A stretch of 64,000 nt of DNA. Origin: Blastocystis sp. Blastoise. Its lineage: Eukaryota > Protista > Bigyra: Opalinata. The position numbers and the translations under genes were made by a program. The number at the start of each line of letters is the position of its first letter. Position 1 is the stretch's first letter. The stretch spans positions 310,001 through 374,000 of the forward strand of contig JBBPEB010000028.1 of the NCBI GenBank assembly GCA_039096225.1, read 5' to 3'. Under the pieces are notes generated by a model. It saw only the letters and a list, made by a program, of their open reading frames with translations. It was not told the DNA's origin and did no database searches. This document shows positions 16,496-31,029 of this stretch, one piece after another.

Positions 16496-16718
16496 GCTTC
16501 TTCTAATACGCTTATAATGAAATAACTTTTTTCATTCTAAAGTTTCCAAAACAGAAAGGCGGGCTTTTTATAAAAATTTTCATTTTGGTGATAATTGTTT
16601 TTATAGTCATTTTTTAATAATAAACATGATTCTTATATCATTCTTATTTTTTGAAAAATTATCATGGAAATTTAATAGAATAATTAAGAATCGATTTTGA
16701 ATTATTATTTCAATAGAT

Positions 16719-18037
<1,319 letters not shown>

Positions 18038-18124
18038 AACCAAATATATATATATTTATTATGTTAATATATCAAGTAATTGTTATTTTTTGGATAATTT
18101 TCTATTTGTTTATTATTAAAGTAC

Positions 18125-18176
18125 CTGTACCAAAGTGACCTCATGTACCAAAGTGACCTCCTGTATCAAAGTGACC
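18125..18176. repeat. Three tandem ~18-bp repeats TGTACCAAAGTGACCTC at the edge of the gene-free block; possible orphan transposon end
   Basis: The repeats are directly visible. No inverted partner was found in the window. Confidence 0.6.
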
Positions 18177-18620
18177 CGTTTTGAAAAGTTTAGTATTCCC
18201 ATGGAAATCTACGTTTTTAAAGTAAAAAAACACAATATCTCCACGAATCTTGTTTTTTTAAATATATTTTTTATTTATTATTTAAAAAGCTATTTTAATA
18301 CTAGTTACATGAATCAGTCACTCCCCTGATGTATGTGTTTGTTTTAGCCATGTGGTAATTGTCACAAAAATCTGTGACTAAATATTTTTTAAACATTTTT
18401 TTTTAAATTTTAATAATTCAGTCTAGTTAAGTTTGGTCAAGTGTGACAGTCATCCACTGTCATAAAAATGTCACAAAAGTAAGGGAAGGATCTGACACAA
18501 ATAGTATTAAATACTAGTTAAACTTCCTGTTTTTTATTATTATTCATTTCTATTATACTTCATATAAAGGAACCACAAAATACTTGATTTTTATAAACGA
18601 ATATAAAAAATTAAGAAAAA

Positions 18621-21608
18621 CAAGCGTTTCACGACTGGCTACGCCAGCCTACGCTTGAATCTAAATAAACATAAAAAAATAATTTGTAAAAAGACTATCT
18701 TTTCATTATATAAAAATTATTTATTTCAAATTTTGTTTTATTTTATTAATATTATCAATAATCGTTTCATAAAAAGAAAATTAAAAAATAAAAATTAACA
18801 ATATATAAAATAAAGATTACATTCTATTTCATTAGTAAATATGTTTAAATACTTAAAAAACTATAGCTATTGTTTATAAAATATAGTTTATACAACAAAT
18901 AAGTTATCATAAAAAAACTCTAAAAAACTATAACATTTTTTAATACATATACTCACTTTTATTAAAACGAATTTTATATTAATATACATATATATTTAAT
19001 TTGTTATTTTAATTTATAAACAATAGCTTGAATAAATTTTGTTTAAAGTCACAATTACAAAAAATGAGTTCTTTTGAAAGACAAAAAACATTCTTTAAAC
19101 AATAATAGTTTTGTATTTAGTGACAAAAAAACGTATTATACTGTTTTAGAAACAATTAAAATCTTTTTACCCATTTTAACATTCCTATCAAACAGTCAAC
19201 TACATTTAATTCTAATTTTTAATATTTTATGTTCTATAATAAGTCTATTTATTATTTTAATAAAAAGTGACTTGAATCTCTTGACTTAACTATTTTAATT
19301 CTAAAGAATCAAATTTTTAAACAACTTAAAATGTTTATTTATTGTAAATTTTAATATAAAATACTCTAAAAACACTCAATACTTTCTTATTCTAACCATT
19401 TTTTAAAAATAGACTCATTTTAACATTTTGGTCAAACACACAACCACCTTTATTTCAAACAATTCTTTCATTATTATAAACATTAAACACTCTAATACTC
19501 ATTTTTACAAAAAGTGTATTGAATCTCTTCACTTAAGACAGTCAAAAAGACAATTCAAAATTATTTTACACTTTAAACTCATTATAAAGTAATAATATTT
19601 TTAGAATTGTCATGATATGTGATTTAGGACACATTGAACTACTTTTTATAAAATTATGAGTCAACATTTCCAGTATGTCATTCACTCGTCTAACCCAATT
19701 TTGACCATTTTTTTGAGAAATGCAATACATATGAGGTCTAGTTTTCAAATATATAAAAATTATTTGTCAAATATGAATTTGATTTGTCAACTTTTGGAAA
19801 ATTTTTAGAAAAACGATTTTTCAATTTTCAGTTTTTTAACATGTTATACTATTGACTCTATTGAACTCATTTTTTTATTAATTTTAAATATTAAAAATTA
19901 TACTATTAATATGTTTTATTCTCTGTATTCATTTATTAAAATTATATAAAATAATAAAAAATTGACTGAGAAATTAATATTATAAGCTATACCCTTTTTT
20001 CAAAAAAAATAATTTTTATGTTTTGCATATATAATTTTTTATCTCAAAAGTTATTTTATATTTTGATAATATTTTTATAAATATATAAACTATAGGTTGT
20101 CTAGTTTATATATAAGTTTTATTTATTTTTTAAAAATAAATATTGATGGAGAAATTGTCAAAATAAACTTTAGTGTCAAAAATGTTTTCTTCTTTTTAAA
20201 CGATTTATTTCACTAATTAAAGACAATTAAAAATTTATTTATTTATTTAAAGCTTATTTATGACATATACAACTCATAAAGACTCATAACTAACTTTTTA
20301 AGACAAACATTGTCTGTATCAGTTCAACATGTTGTCTTAACTTTTTCAAATAAGTGATATATAGTATCCATGAGTGGTTCTAAACACATATTAAAACGTT
20401 TTAAGAGTTTATTGAGTTAACATTGTCTGGTGATCTGTTGTTAAAGTCTTTTAAAAACAAAATAAAATTGTAAAATATGTTTATTTTGGTATGTAGTTTT
20501 TAAATATAAAGTCAAATGTCAAATAAAATTGTTAATGATGAAAATATAAACAAAAAACAAATGAAAACTTTTTAAGAAAATTTTTTGAAAGTCATTTTTT
20601 ATTGAGTTCAACTATTGACTCTTGTCACCTGAGTTTTCAATTAATTAAAAAAATGAAAAATATGTATCTGCTATGACATGTCTAGTTTCTAAATATGTTC
20701 TAACTTTTTTATTTTACTAAGAATTGATTGAGAAATCACAATAACAAACTATACCCTTTTTTGAAAATTTTCATTTTTATGTTTTTCATATAAATGAATG
20801 TTTCTCAGTCAATATTAAATATTTAGATAAAATAAAAAATATGTATCTGCAATAGCTTATCTTAATTATAATTATACTTTTATTTTTAAAAAATACCCAA
20901 AACTCAAGGAGAAAGACGAATAACAAACTATACTATCAAAACATCAAAATTTCTATTATCAAATATTTTCTTATTAAAACTTTTTAAACAACTAAAAGAT
21001 ATACTTATGACATGTATTGATTCTAAATAACTTGAATAAACTCAAATAAGTTTATAAAGAAGGAATGTGTTGGATATCAGTTTGACTTTTGTTGTTATTT
21101 AAAGGAATTATTGTTGTTTCAGAGTAGTCAAGGTCATATTCATTACATATGAAATGGTTTTAGAGTTTATAGTTAGTGATCTGTGTATTGATATGTTGTC
21201 AAGTTGTAAATATAAACAAATTTACCCGTCAAAACTTTTTATAAGACTAACCCGTCAATAAAAGTCAATTTTATAAAAATAAATATAAAGAATGTAAGTA
21301 GATATAGGAAAAATAAGAAAACAATAAAAAATGAAAATGGAAAAATAAGTGTTTTTATAAAAATGAAAAATATTGGATAAAATAAAAATAATCCAATAAT
21401 TTTGGTTAAAATTTTGTGCGAAAATGGTTTTTTCCGTTTTTTAGCCAGAAATTTAGAGTTTTTGAAAAATTTCTTTAACAGTCATTTTCAGAATTGTGTT
21501 CTGGATTTTATGATGTAATTTTTATTTTATAAAAGTTAATAACAAAGTCAATAACAAAAAAAGTATGTGAGACACCGTACGCTACATGAACTAAATTAAG
21601 GATATTAA
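18621..21608 (-). mobile_element. Non-autonomous Helitron-like element, copy A (about 3.0 kb)
   Basis: Minus-strand 3' end has the hairpin GGCTGGC-GTA-GCCAGTC 12 nt before a terminal CTTG followed by T. The 5' end TTAATATCCTTAAT follows an A. No TIR or TSD. Both termini and about 2.9 kb of body are shared with copy B. Confidence 0.7.
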
Positions 21609-21619
21609 TTCATATTTAA

Positions 21620-23154
21620 CACTCCTTTCAAAAACCCAAGAATTTTCAAAAACCCAAGAATTTCGCGAAAAACACCCTTTTTTTTAAGTTTATTAATGAC
21701 TTTATTTATTGCTATTTACGTTTTTATGGCATAATAAATGCATATAATCTACTTTGATACTTACTACAAGTTTTATGAAAAAGATATCGTTTATATACAG
21801 TGCTGTTCAACATTTTGTTGAAAATATGATGAAATTTCGTCATAGACTATTGACATAACATATCATTCATTATAACAGGTAGTGTGTTGTAATTATTTTT
21901 ATTATGGATTAAGGTTTGAGTTTACAAAATAAATAGCTATTTTTTAGTATAAACCAAATGTGTGGTTTAAGTGTCTTTACTTTAGTGACCATTATTTAAA
22001 AATAGCTTTTATGGATTCTCAACAATGTTTCTATGCTACATATAAAGTAGAATGTTTTTATTCTATGATAATAAGATGAAACAAACGAGAATCGGAATGA
22101 ATTTTACATAAATATATCTTGAAAAGAATTATAATATATAATTTAGGAATAACATAGGTAAATAGAGTATTAAGAGTAGTAAAATAATATATAATATCTC
22201 GTCTAGTCTATAAATACAAAAGCTGATTATTAGCCGATTTGTTCGACAACACTTAACAATTGGTTAAACAAGAATATTGAAAAGCAAAAGCGAATTAGCG
22301 AATTATTTTATATTTATTTGTACGAAACTAAACAATGAGTAACTCTTTTAAAAGATTTAAGGAGGCATATATTGGCAAATTTTGGGTATCTTTAGAAACG
22401 AGTTTAGATTCTGTTTGTTTAATATTTGAGAATTAGAAAATATACAGGAAAAAGGGAAAGAAGGTGCATAACTGTATAGACACAGCAAATGTGTAATAAG
22501 AAATATCTTGATAAAAAAAAAATTGTTGAAAGCTAAATTAACAAAACTGACCCTATTGTTTCTTAATTGAATCTTTAAAATATATTTTTTAAATAATCCT
22601 ACAATAGTATTTATTGCCAATTTAACATAAACTAATGAAATTAAATTATAAGTATAAAAAAGTTAAAAAAAGATAAAAAAACAAACTCTTCTCATTCAAC
22701 AATTATTCAATAAATAACATTAAAAATATTGTTTTCTTATTTTGTCACATATCATCTTTTATATATTAATCATATTCTTTTTGAAAATTTAATTTTTATG
22801 AAAAAAACAAAACAAGTAAATCTTCAAGTTTTTTCTATTCTTCCAAGTGAATAAAATATACTTTATATTTTAATACAATACACTCGATATGTGAAAGATG
22901 CTATATACATAATTATGAGGTCAGATATTGTGCTCAAAAAATAGGTCATATATCTAATTAAGGGAAGTAATGTAAAAATAGCATTTCATATAGAGTCATA
23001 TAGATATCTATGATTATTTAAATGAGTTTACAATTAATATAAGATTATGCATAACAAAATAAAGCATTGAAAACAAGCCATTTTTCAGTCAAAAACAACG
23101 ATTTTTTTAGAAATTCTTGGGTTTTTGAAAATTCTTGGGTTTTTGAAAGGAGTG
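21620..23154. mobile_element. CAC-ended TIR DNA element, 1535 bp, TSD TAA (Chapaev3/CMC-like)
   Basis: Perfect 45-bp TIR CACTCCTTTCAAAAACCCAAGAATTTTCAAAAACCCAAGAATTTC (21620-21664 and 23110-23154). TAA at 21617-21619 and 23155-23157. The interior has only stop-interrupted coding-like sequence. Confidence 0.9.
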
Positions 23155-23176
23155 TAAAGTCAATTTTTTAGTCAAA

Positions 23177-26100
23177 CAAGCGTTTCACGACTGGCTACGC
23201 CAGCCTACGCTTGAGTTTAGATAATTATTATCTCTCAATTGTTATATCTTACATTGAATTTTAAAAAATGAATATTTATTCTTATGTTTTTGTTATTCAT
23301 TTCTGTTTTTATTTTTTTTTAGGATTAAAACTATTTCATATTTTATAAATTATTATTTCAATTGCTTTTAATTGTTATCTTCTAATGCTTAATTTTCAAT
23401 TTAGTGTTTTATAAATATTTTAATTCATACATATTGATAATTCTTACTTAGCATTCTATATGTTTTTGAGTATTATTTCCTTTTTTATTTAATATTCTTT
23501 TTAGCCATTTTTATTATTGATTATATATATTTATTGCTTATCAATGATAATTAATTAACTCTTGTGTTTTATTTTTGATCTTATTTCTATTTCTATTTCT
23601 ATTTCTATTTCTATTTCTATTTCTATTTCTATTTCTATTTCTATTTCTATTTAGTTTTCAATATTAATTCACTTTTCTTTGTTATTTCATTTATAACTTT
23701 CTATGTATTTTATCAATTCATTTAGTTTTATAAATATTTAGTATTTTAAATAATATCAATATGATTATAAAATACTTTTTCTTTTAAAACATATTATTAT
23801 CACTTATACCCTACCTTTAAATATTTATGTTTTATTTGAATTAATCTATATAATTATTATTGTGAGAAATAGCTTATTCTCTTGTCTAAAAAAAACATTA
23901 TATATTCTTTTCATATATTGTTTTGTTTTATTTTTAAAATATTATAATTTTGATATCTATTTGTTTTTTTATATTTTATCCTTTCCTTTTATATATACTA
24001 TTATATAAATATTTTAGAAATTTTATTATACAGCTTTTCTCAATTAATAAATGTTTAATTATATAAATAGTAATCATATTTTGATATTATTTGATAAATA
24101 TTATAATTTTTCTTTTATTATACTTATTTTAGTTTGAATTATTAATACAAAAGTACTCTTAATAATTAAAAGATATTTATTACTTTATATAATAAACAAA
24201 AAAATTAGAGTCTTATTTTAATATTTATCATTAATAGAATCTATTCGTTTTAAGTAAAAGAGAATATTTATAGAGAAATTATCTTTTCATTATTTAAAAT
24301 TAATTAATTCAAGTTTAATTCAATTTTTATAGTGTTATCAAAATCATTTCATTAAATGAAACGAAAAACTAAATATAAACCAAAAATTACATTCCATTTC
24401 ATAACTAAATAGATTTAAATACTTTGGAAACTTTACCTATTATACATAAAATATAGCTTATAAAACAAATAAGTTATTTTTAAAAAACTCTAAAAGATTT
24501 TAACGTTTTTAAATACACATATCCACTTTTGTTAAAACGAATTTTATATTAATATACATATATATTTAATTTAGTATTTTAATTTATAAAAAGTAACTTG
24601 AATCTCTTTTGTTTTAAGTCACAATTACAAAAAATGAGTTCTTTTGAAAGACAAAAAACATTCTTTAAACAATAATAATTTTGTATTTAGTGACGTAAAA
24701 ACGTATTATACTGTTTTAGAAACAATTCAAATCTTTCTACCCATTTTAACACTCCTTTCAAACAGTCAACCACATTTAATTAAACTATTTTTTAATATTT
24801 TATATTCTATAATAAGTCTATTTATTATTTTAATAAAAGGTAACTTGAATCTCTTGACTTAACTATTGTAATTCTAAAAAAATAATTTTTGAACAACTTA
24901 AAATATTTATTTATTGTAAATTTTAATATAAAACACTCATAAAACACTCAATATATACTTATTGTAACCGTTTTAGAAAAATAGACTCATTTTAATATTT
25001 TGGTTAAACACACAACCACCTTTATTTCAAACAATTCTTTTATTATTATAAACATTAAACACTCTAATACTCATTTTTACAGAAAGTGACTTGAATCTCT
25101 TCACTTAAGACAGTCAAACAGACAATTCAAAATCATTTTACCCTTTAAACTCATTGTAAAGTGATAATATTTATAGAATTGCTTTGATATGTGGTTTAGG
25201 ACATATTTAACTACTTTTTTCAAAATTATGAGTCAACATGTGCATATACTCATACACTCGTCTAACTTATTTTTGACTATTTTTTTGAGATTTGCAATAC
25301 ACATAAGGTTTAGTTTTCAAATATATAAAAATTATTTGTCAAATATGAATTTGATTTGTCAACTTTCAGAAAATTTTGAGAAAAATGATTTTTCAATTTT
25401 CAGTTTTTTAACATGTTATACTATTGACTCTACTGAACTCATTTTTTTATTAATTTTAAATATTAAAAATTATATTAATAATATATCTTATTCTATGTAT
25501 TTATTTGTTAAAATTATATAAAATAATTAAATATTGACTGAGAAATTAATGTTATAAAGTATACCCTTTTTTCAAAAAAAATAATTTTTATGTTTTGCAT
25601 ATATAATTTTTTATCTCAAAAGTTATTATATATTTTGATAATATTTTTATAAATATATAGACTATAGGTTGTCTAGTTTATATATAAGTTTTATTTATTT
25701 TTTAAAAATTAATATTGATGGAGAAATTGTCAAAATAAACTATAGTATCAAAAATGTTTTCTTTTTTTAAACGATTTATTTCACTAATTAAAGACTAATA
25801 AAAGCATATTTATTTATTTAAAGCATATTTATGACATTTACAACTCATAATGACTCATAACTGACTTTTTAAAACAAACATTGTCTGTATCAGTTCAACA
25901 TGTTGTCTTAACTTTTTCAAATAAGTGACGTACAATGTCTATAAATCATTAGAAACACTAATTAAAACGTTTTTAGAGTTTATTGAGTTAACATTGTCTG
26001 GTGATCTGTTGTTAAAGTCTTTTAAAAACCATAAAAAATAATTAAATATGTTTATTTTGGTATGTAGTTTTTAAATATATAGTCAAATGTCAAATAAAAT

Positions 26101-27178
26101 TGTTAATGATGAAAATATAAACAAAAAACAAATGAAAAATTTTTGAGAAAAATTTCAAAAGTCATTTTTTATTGAGTTCAACTATTGACTCTTGTGACCT
26201 GAGTTTTCAATTAATTAAAAAAATGAAAAATATGTATCTGCTATGAGTTGTCTAAATTATAAATATACTTTAACTCAAATATTTTATTAAATATTGACTG
26301 AGAAATCACAATAACAAACTATACCCTTTTTAGAAAATTTTCATTTTTATGTTTTTCATATATATGAATATTTTTCAGTCAATATTAAATATTTAGATAA
26401 AATAAAAAATATGTATCTGCAATAGCTTATCTTAATTATGACTATACTTTTATTTTTAAAAAATACCCAAAACTCAAGGAGAAAGACGAATAACAAACTA
26501 TACTATCAAAACATCAAAATTTCTATTATCAAATATTTTCTTATGAAAACTTTTTAAACAACTAAAAGACATATTTCTGACATGTATTGATTCAAAATCA
26601 CTTGAATAAACTCAAATAAGTTTATGAAGAAGGAATGTGTTGGATATCAGTTTGTCTTTTGTTGTTATTTAAAGTAATTATTGTTGTTTCAGAGTAGTTG
26701 AGGTCAGTATCATTGCATATAAAATGGTTTTAGAGTTTATAGTTAGTGATGTGTGTATTGATATGTTGTCAACTTCTTAATATAAACAAATTTACCCGTC
26801 AAAACTATTTATAAGACTAACCCGTCAATAAAAGTTAATTTTATAAAAATAAAAATAAAGAATGTGAGTAGATATAGAAAAAAAAAGAAAACAATAAAAA
26901 ATGAAAAACGAAAAATAAGTGTTTTTATAAAAATGAAAAATATTGGATAAAATAAAAATAATCCAATAATTTTGGTTAAAATTTTGTGCGAAAATGGTTT
27001 TTTGCGTTTTTTAGCCAGAAATTTAGAGTTTTCGAAAAATTTCTTTAACAGTCATTTTCAGAATTGTGTTCCGGTTTTTATGATGTTATTTTTATTTTAT
27101 AAAAGTTAATAACAAAGTCAATAAATGTGAAAGTGTGTGAGACACCGTACGCTACATGAACTAAATTAAGGATATTAA
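23177..27178 (-). mobile_element. Non-autonomous Helitron-like element, copy B (about 4.0 kb)
   Basis: Identical 38-nt hairpin end and identical GAGACACCGTACGCTACATGAACTAAATTAAGGATATTAAT end as copy A. About 24280-27178 aligns with about 18697-21608. Extra ~1.06 kb at 23215-24275. Confidence 0.7.
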
Positions 27179-28183
27179 TACTAAAAATTCTCATAAAAAT
27201 TCATTTTTAAATTTTTTAAATTTTTTTATGACTCACTACTAAAGTAACAAGTTTTAGCAATTATATATTACACTATTGACACAACATTATTGTATCCCAC
27301 TACTTTCAGGTTTTAAAAAATTACTCATTTTTGTTGACTCTCTGATCTGTTGACTAACTCGTCTAAAAACTATTAATTCTGACATAAAACGTTTTTATAA
27401 TACATAATTCACTCTCAAAACAACTTTTTAAAAGACTTTTATTTGATTCTGAGGAAAACTTGTTTTTTTAGAAGTTTTGACATACTCTTTGTATGCGGAA
27501 CTTTAAGTCATGATAGAATAAAATTAAAAAAAGTCTTTTAAAATTCTTATGTCCTCTGATATATAATAAAATAAAAATAGACTCAGTTTTGAACAATAAA
27601 ATTATTCCCGTAAATATTTTAAAAATTCAAAACTCTGGTCTGACTGCCCATGGAACAAATAGGCTCGGCTCAATTTTTCAGTGTAAAAAAAATATAAATT
27701 TTTGACTTTTTGGCTGAATTTTGGTTCTGAGCCATAGAGGTCAGCTGATTGACTTTTAATTACATTTATGACTCTGAGAGGGTCTTCACTTCAAACACAA
27801 CTATAAAATATTTTAAAATATTGACCCCATTTTCTTGAGAATTGCGACTTTAAAATAAATAAAAACGGTTTGGATATCGTGTGACCCACTGATATAAGAA
27901 AAAATTGTCAATTCTTTAATAAAATATGTTTAATAAGGTCTTTGAGTCTAAATGAAAAGCCTACTAAAAAATTATGTGAAAATTTTCATTTTTTTGCCTA
28001 AGTCTTTTTTTTCTTGAGTTTTCATTGGCTGAATAAGTTTTGAACGAAAATTAGCCAATCAAAAAGCTTTAAAAATTAAAAATGACCTAATAGTGAGCGT
28101 TTATTAAGCTAGAAATGAATAAAATGATCATTAAAACTAACAGAAAATATTAAAAAAATAAATAAAAATAACTATAAAATAGA

Positions 28184-29142
28184 TTAAACAGTTTTTTTAA
28201 CATGCATTTTCGATCGAACATCATTTTTCCACGTTTGTCTATTACCTTTAGTAGCAGCAGCACGAATAGAAGCATCAGATTTCCCTGAATACATTGTACG
28301 CATAATCTGATTCTTAGAAATACCGCGTGGATCTTCACGAATCATATTGACTAATTCTTCAGAAGTTTCTGGAAGAGACAAATTATTATGAAGACGAGTT
28401 TGAACATATTTATGAATCACTATATATAATAATGAAATATATATTGTTTATATTAATAAAATAATGTGTATATAGTTATAAAAAGAAAATATATATAGAA
28501 TAAAAATGCTTAAAACATACTTTTTTGTTCATCAAAAAACATTAATGCTTGATCAACATCTTTCACAGTCTATATATAGATAGATATAATAAATAAATAA
28601 ATATAATAAAATAAATAAATATAATAAATAAATTAATATAATAAATAAATTAATATAATAAATAAATTAATATAATAAATATAATAAATAAATATAATAA
28701 ATAAATATAATAAATAAATAATAAATACACAATTAGAGCTATTAGCTACTCTTTCTTTAACTCTACGATCAATTATACGAGCATCTTCTAATTCTTTTTC
28801 TGTGAAATTATTAAAAATAGCAAGTCTTGCTTTCACATCTTTGATTTCTTCCATTTTAGAAACACCAGGGATTTTAGATCTCCAACCATCAACACCAGAC
28901 TTTTCAGTCATAATAGCGAGCATTTCTTTTGCATCTTTTAATTTAAATTTATCGATCGTCTTCATTGTATTCATCATATTGGTAAAGGCCTCCTTCATTT
29001 GTTTTTGTTGCATATTTTCAGATTTCTTGGTAACAGAGTCACGGATGGAATCCATGATTCCAAAGTTACGAACAAAAACGTATTGTTGAGAAGGTTTGAT
29101 GAGTTTTGAAACAATAAATCTTGCCTTAAAGAGTGAATTCAT
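28184..29142 (-). CDS. Predicted mitochondrion/MRO-targeted protein with a stand-alone Ffh/SRP54 M (signal-peptide-binding) domain (exons 29142-28729, 28569-28521, 28419-28184)
   Basis: Basic, acid-free N-terminus MNSLFKARFIVSKLIKPSQQYVFVRNF. Then KFKLKDAKEML..SG...SKIPGV...LAIFNNFTEKELEDARIIDRRVKERVANSSNCTVKDVDQALMFFDEQK, colinear with the Ffh M domain. No GTPase domain. Confidence 0.8.
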
Positions 29143-31029
29143 ATCTGTAAAGTACCTTTTAAGAAATATCAAAAAGAAAAAAGAATTGATGATTGGCTGA
29201 ATTTATCTGAAAATATAAAAAATGCTGAAATTAGTTTTGTTTTGTTTTTTTTTATTCATATAATGGAAAAATTTAAGTATCTGAAAAGCTATTTATAAAT
29301 ATATTCCTATCCAGTTTTCATTCATAAAATTATAGTTTTAATTATACAAGAAAAAACAAAACAAATTAGACATTTGAGTCTAGAGGAGATATTAATATGG
29401 TGTCAATATATCTATAAATAAAGAATATCCATGAAAGAATAATTACAATAAAAAAAGAAGAAGAATATGAAATAGATATAATAAAAAAAAGTGTTCTATA
29501 AAAGAAATACCAGGTAGATCACAATAAAAGAGAAAGATCTAATAATTTTATTGAATATAAACAAGGTGAAGAATAATGAAAATACAATTTAATTATAAAA
29601 CAAGTAAATAATAAACAAGATATAGACAAACAAAAATAAAAACAAATGAAAAACAAAAGAATGAATGATGGATATATATCAAAAAATGTATTTAACAAAA
29701 AGTATCTATTTACATATGATAAGAATGAATGAGAAAGAATTCAAAGAAACCAAGACAATATAATGTAAAATATATACATTATAGAGGTTAATGACAAAAG
29801 AAAGAAGATATAACAAATTAATAAATAATAATAGAAGAAAGGAACTCTTATAAAATAAATCATTCGAACTATAGAATTGAATGAAAAGAATGTAAATATT
29901 TATATATCTCTTTATATATACAATATGTAAACCTAAGAATATATAAAAATATATTTAAAAATATATTAAAAAGAATAATTTAATCAATACATAAGAATCT
30001 ATATAAAGTATAATAAAAGTAACTATTCTATAACATAGTAAAGTATAAATAAATATAAAAACAGTAATATTCAATGAAACTATAAATATCACCAAGACAC
30101 ACAAAAATAATATAAATAAAAAAAATAGATGAAGAAATAGAGAATGCAAAGCAAAAGAATATATATATAAATCTAGAATTTTAATAAGAATCATATATAT
30201 ATATATATATATATTATATAATATATATATATGATGAAAAAGAATATATGAAGGAGATAAAAAAGAAAAGAAATATGACCTCGCACAAATAAAAATAATA
30301 TATAAACACAAGAATGATAAATATAAAATAAGATATGATATGTTTTTTAAATATATATATATTAGATTATTAATATTAAAAAAATATATAATTATAGTAT
30401 AGATAAAAAAGAAAGAACGAATACTATAAAACAAGAATGAAGGAAAATCAAAGAATAATGGAATACGAAGAATGATGATAAGGAGAATCTATGTGAATAA
30501 AAGAGGAAAGAGAGGGAAAAGAAAAAGTAATATGAGTATAGAATACATAGGAATAGATGAATACTCATAGAAGAATTGATAATAAAATGATAAATAGATG
30601 AAAAGTATAGTATTATACATGTACATATAATTATGATGAAACAAAAGAGTAATAATTATATGTAAAAAAAATAATAGATCAAACAAATTTGTATTAAAGG
30701 AAAAATGAAAAATACAAAATGAATTATAAAACAAATTATTATTTTAAGAAAATAAAATATAAATATGAAACGCATGGATATGAACATATATTGTTTAAAT
30801 ATATATATATATAAATCAATAAAAGTGTTATATATACAAACATATATATAGCATTTAGCAATAGTTAGAAAAAAATATTATAATAAAAATAAAAGTATAG
30901 AAAGAAAATGAGTATGAAATATCTTTTATAAATGCATACAACAAAATTAATATATAAATAGAATAAAAGTAGATAAATAGATTATTTTTAAAATAAAAAG
31001 AAATCATATAGTATCTATTTCAACCTACT

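Noticed and set aside
18121-18180. CRISPR-like array
   Set aside because: Tandem repeats without unique spacers, in a eukaryote, with no cas genes.
19074-25521. Duplicated ORFs 19074-19289/24644-24862 and 25189-25521
   Set aside because: Two start at TTG, frames are not conserved between the copies, and they lie in repeat DNA.
18697-27178. The two ~2.9-kb direct repeats as LTRs of a retrotransposon
   Set aside because: No TG...CA ends, PBS/PPT or gag-pol, and the intervening DNA is a separate TIR element.
27271-28095. Possible CACTA element (CACTATT...AATAGTG)
   Set aside because: Only a 7-bp inverted match, and the flanks (TTA vs AGC) give no TSD.
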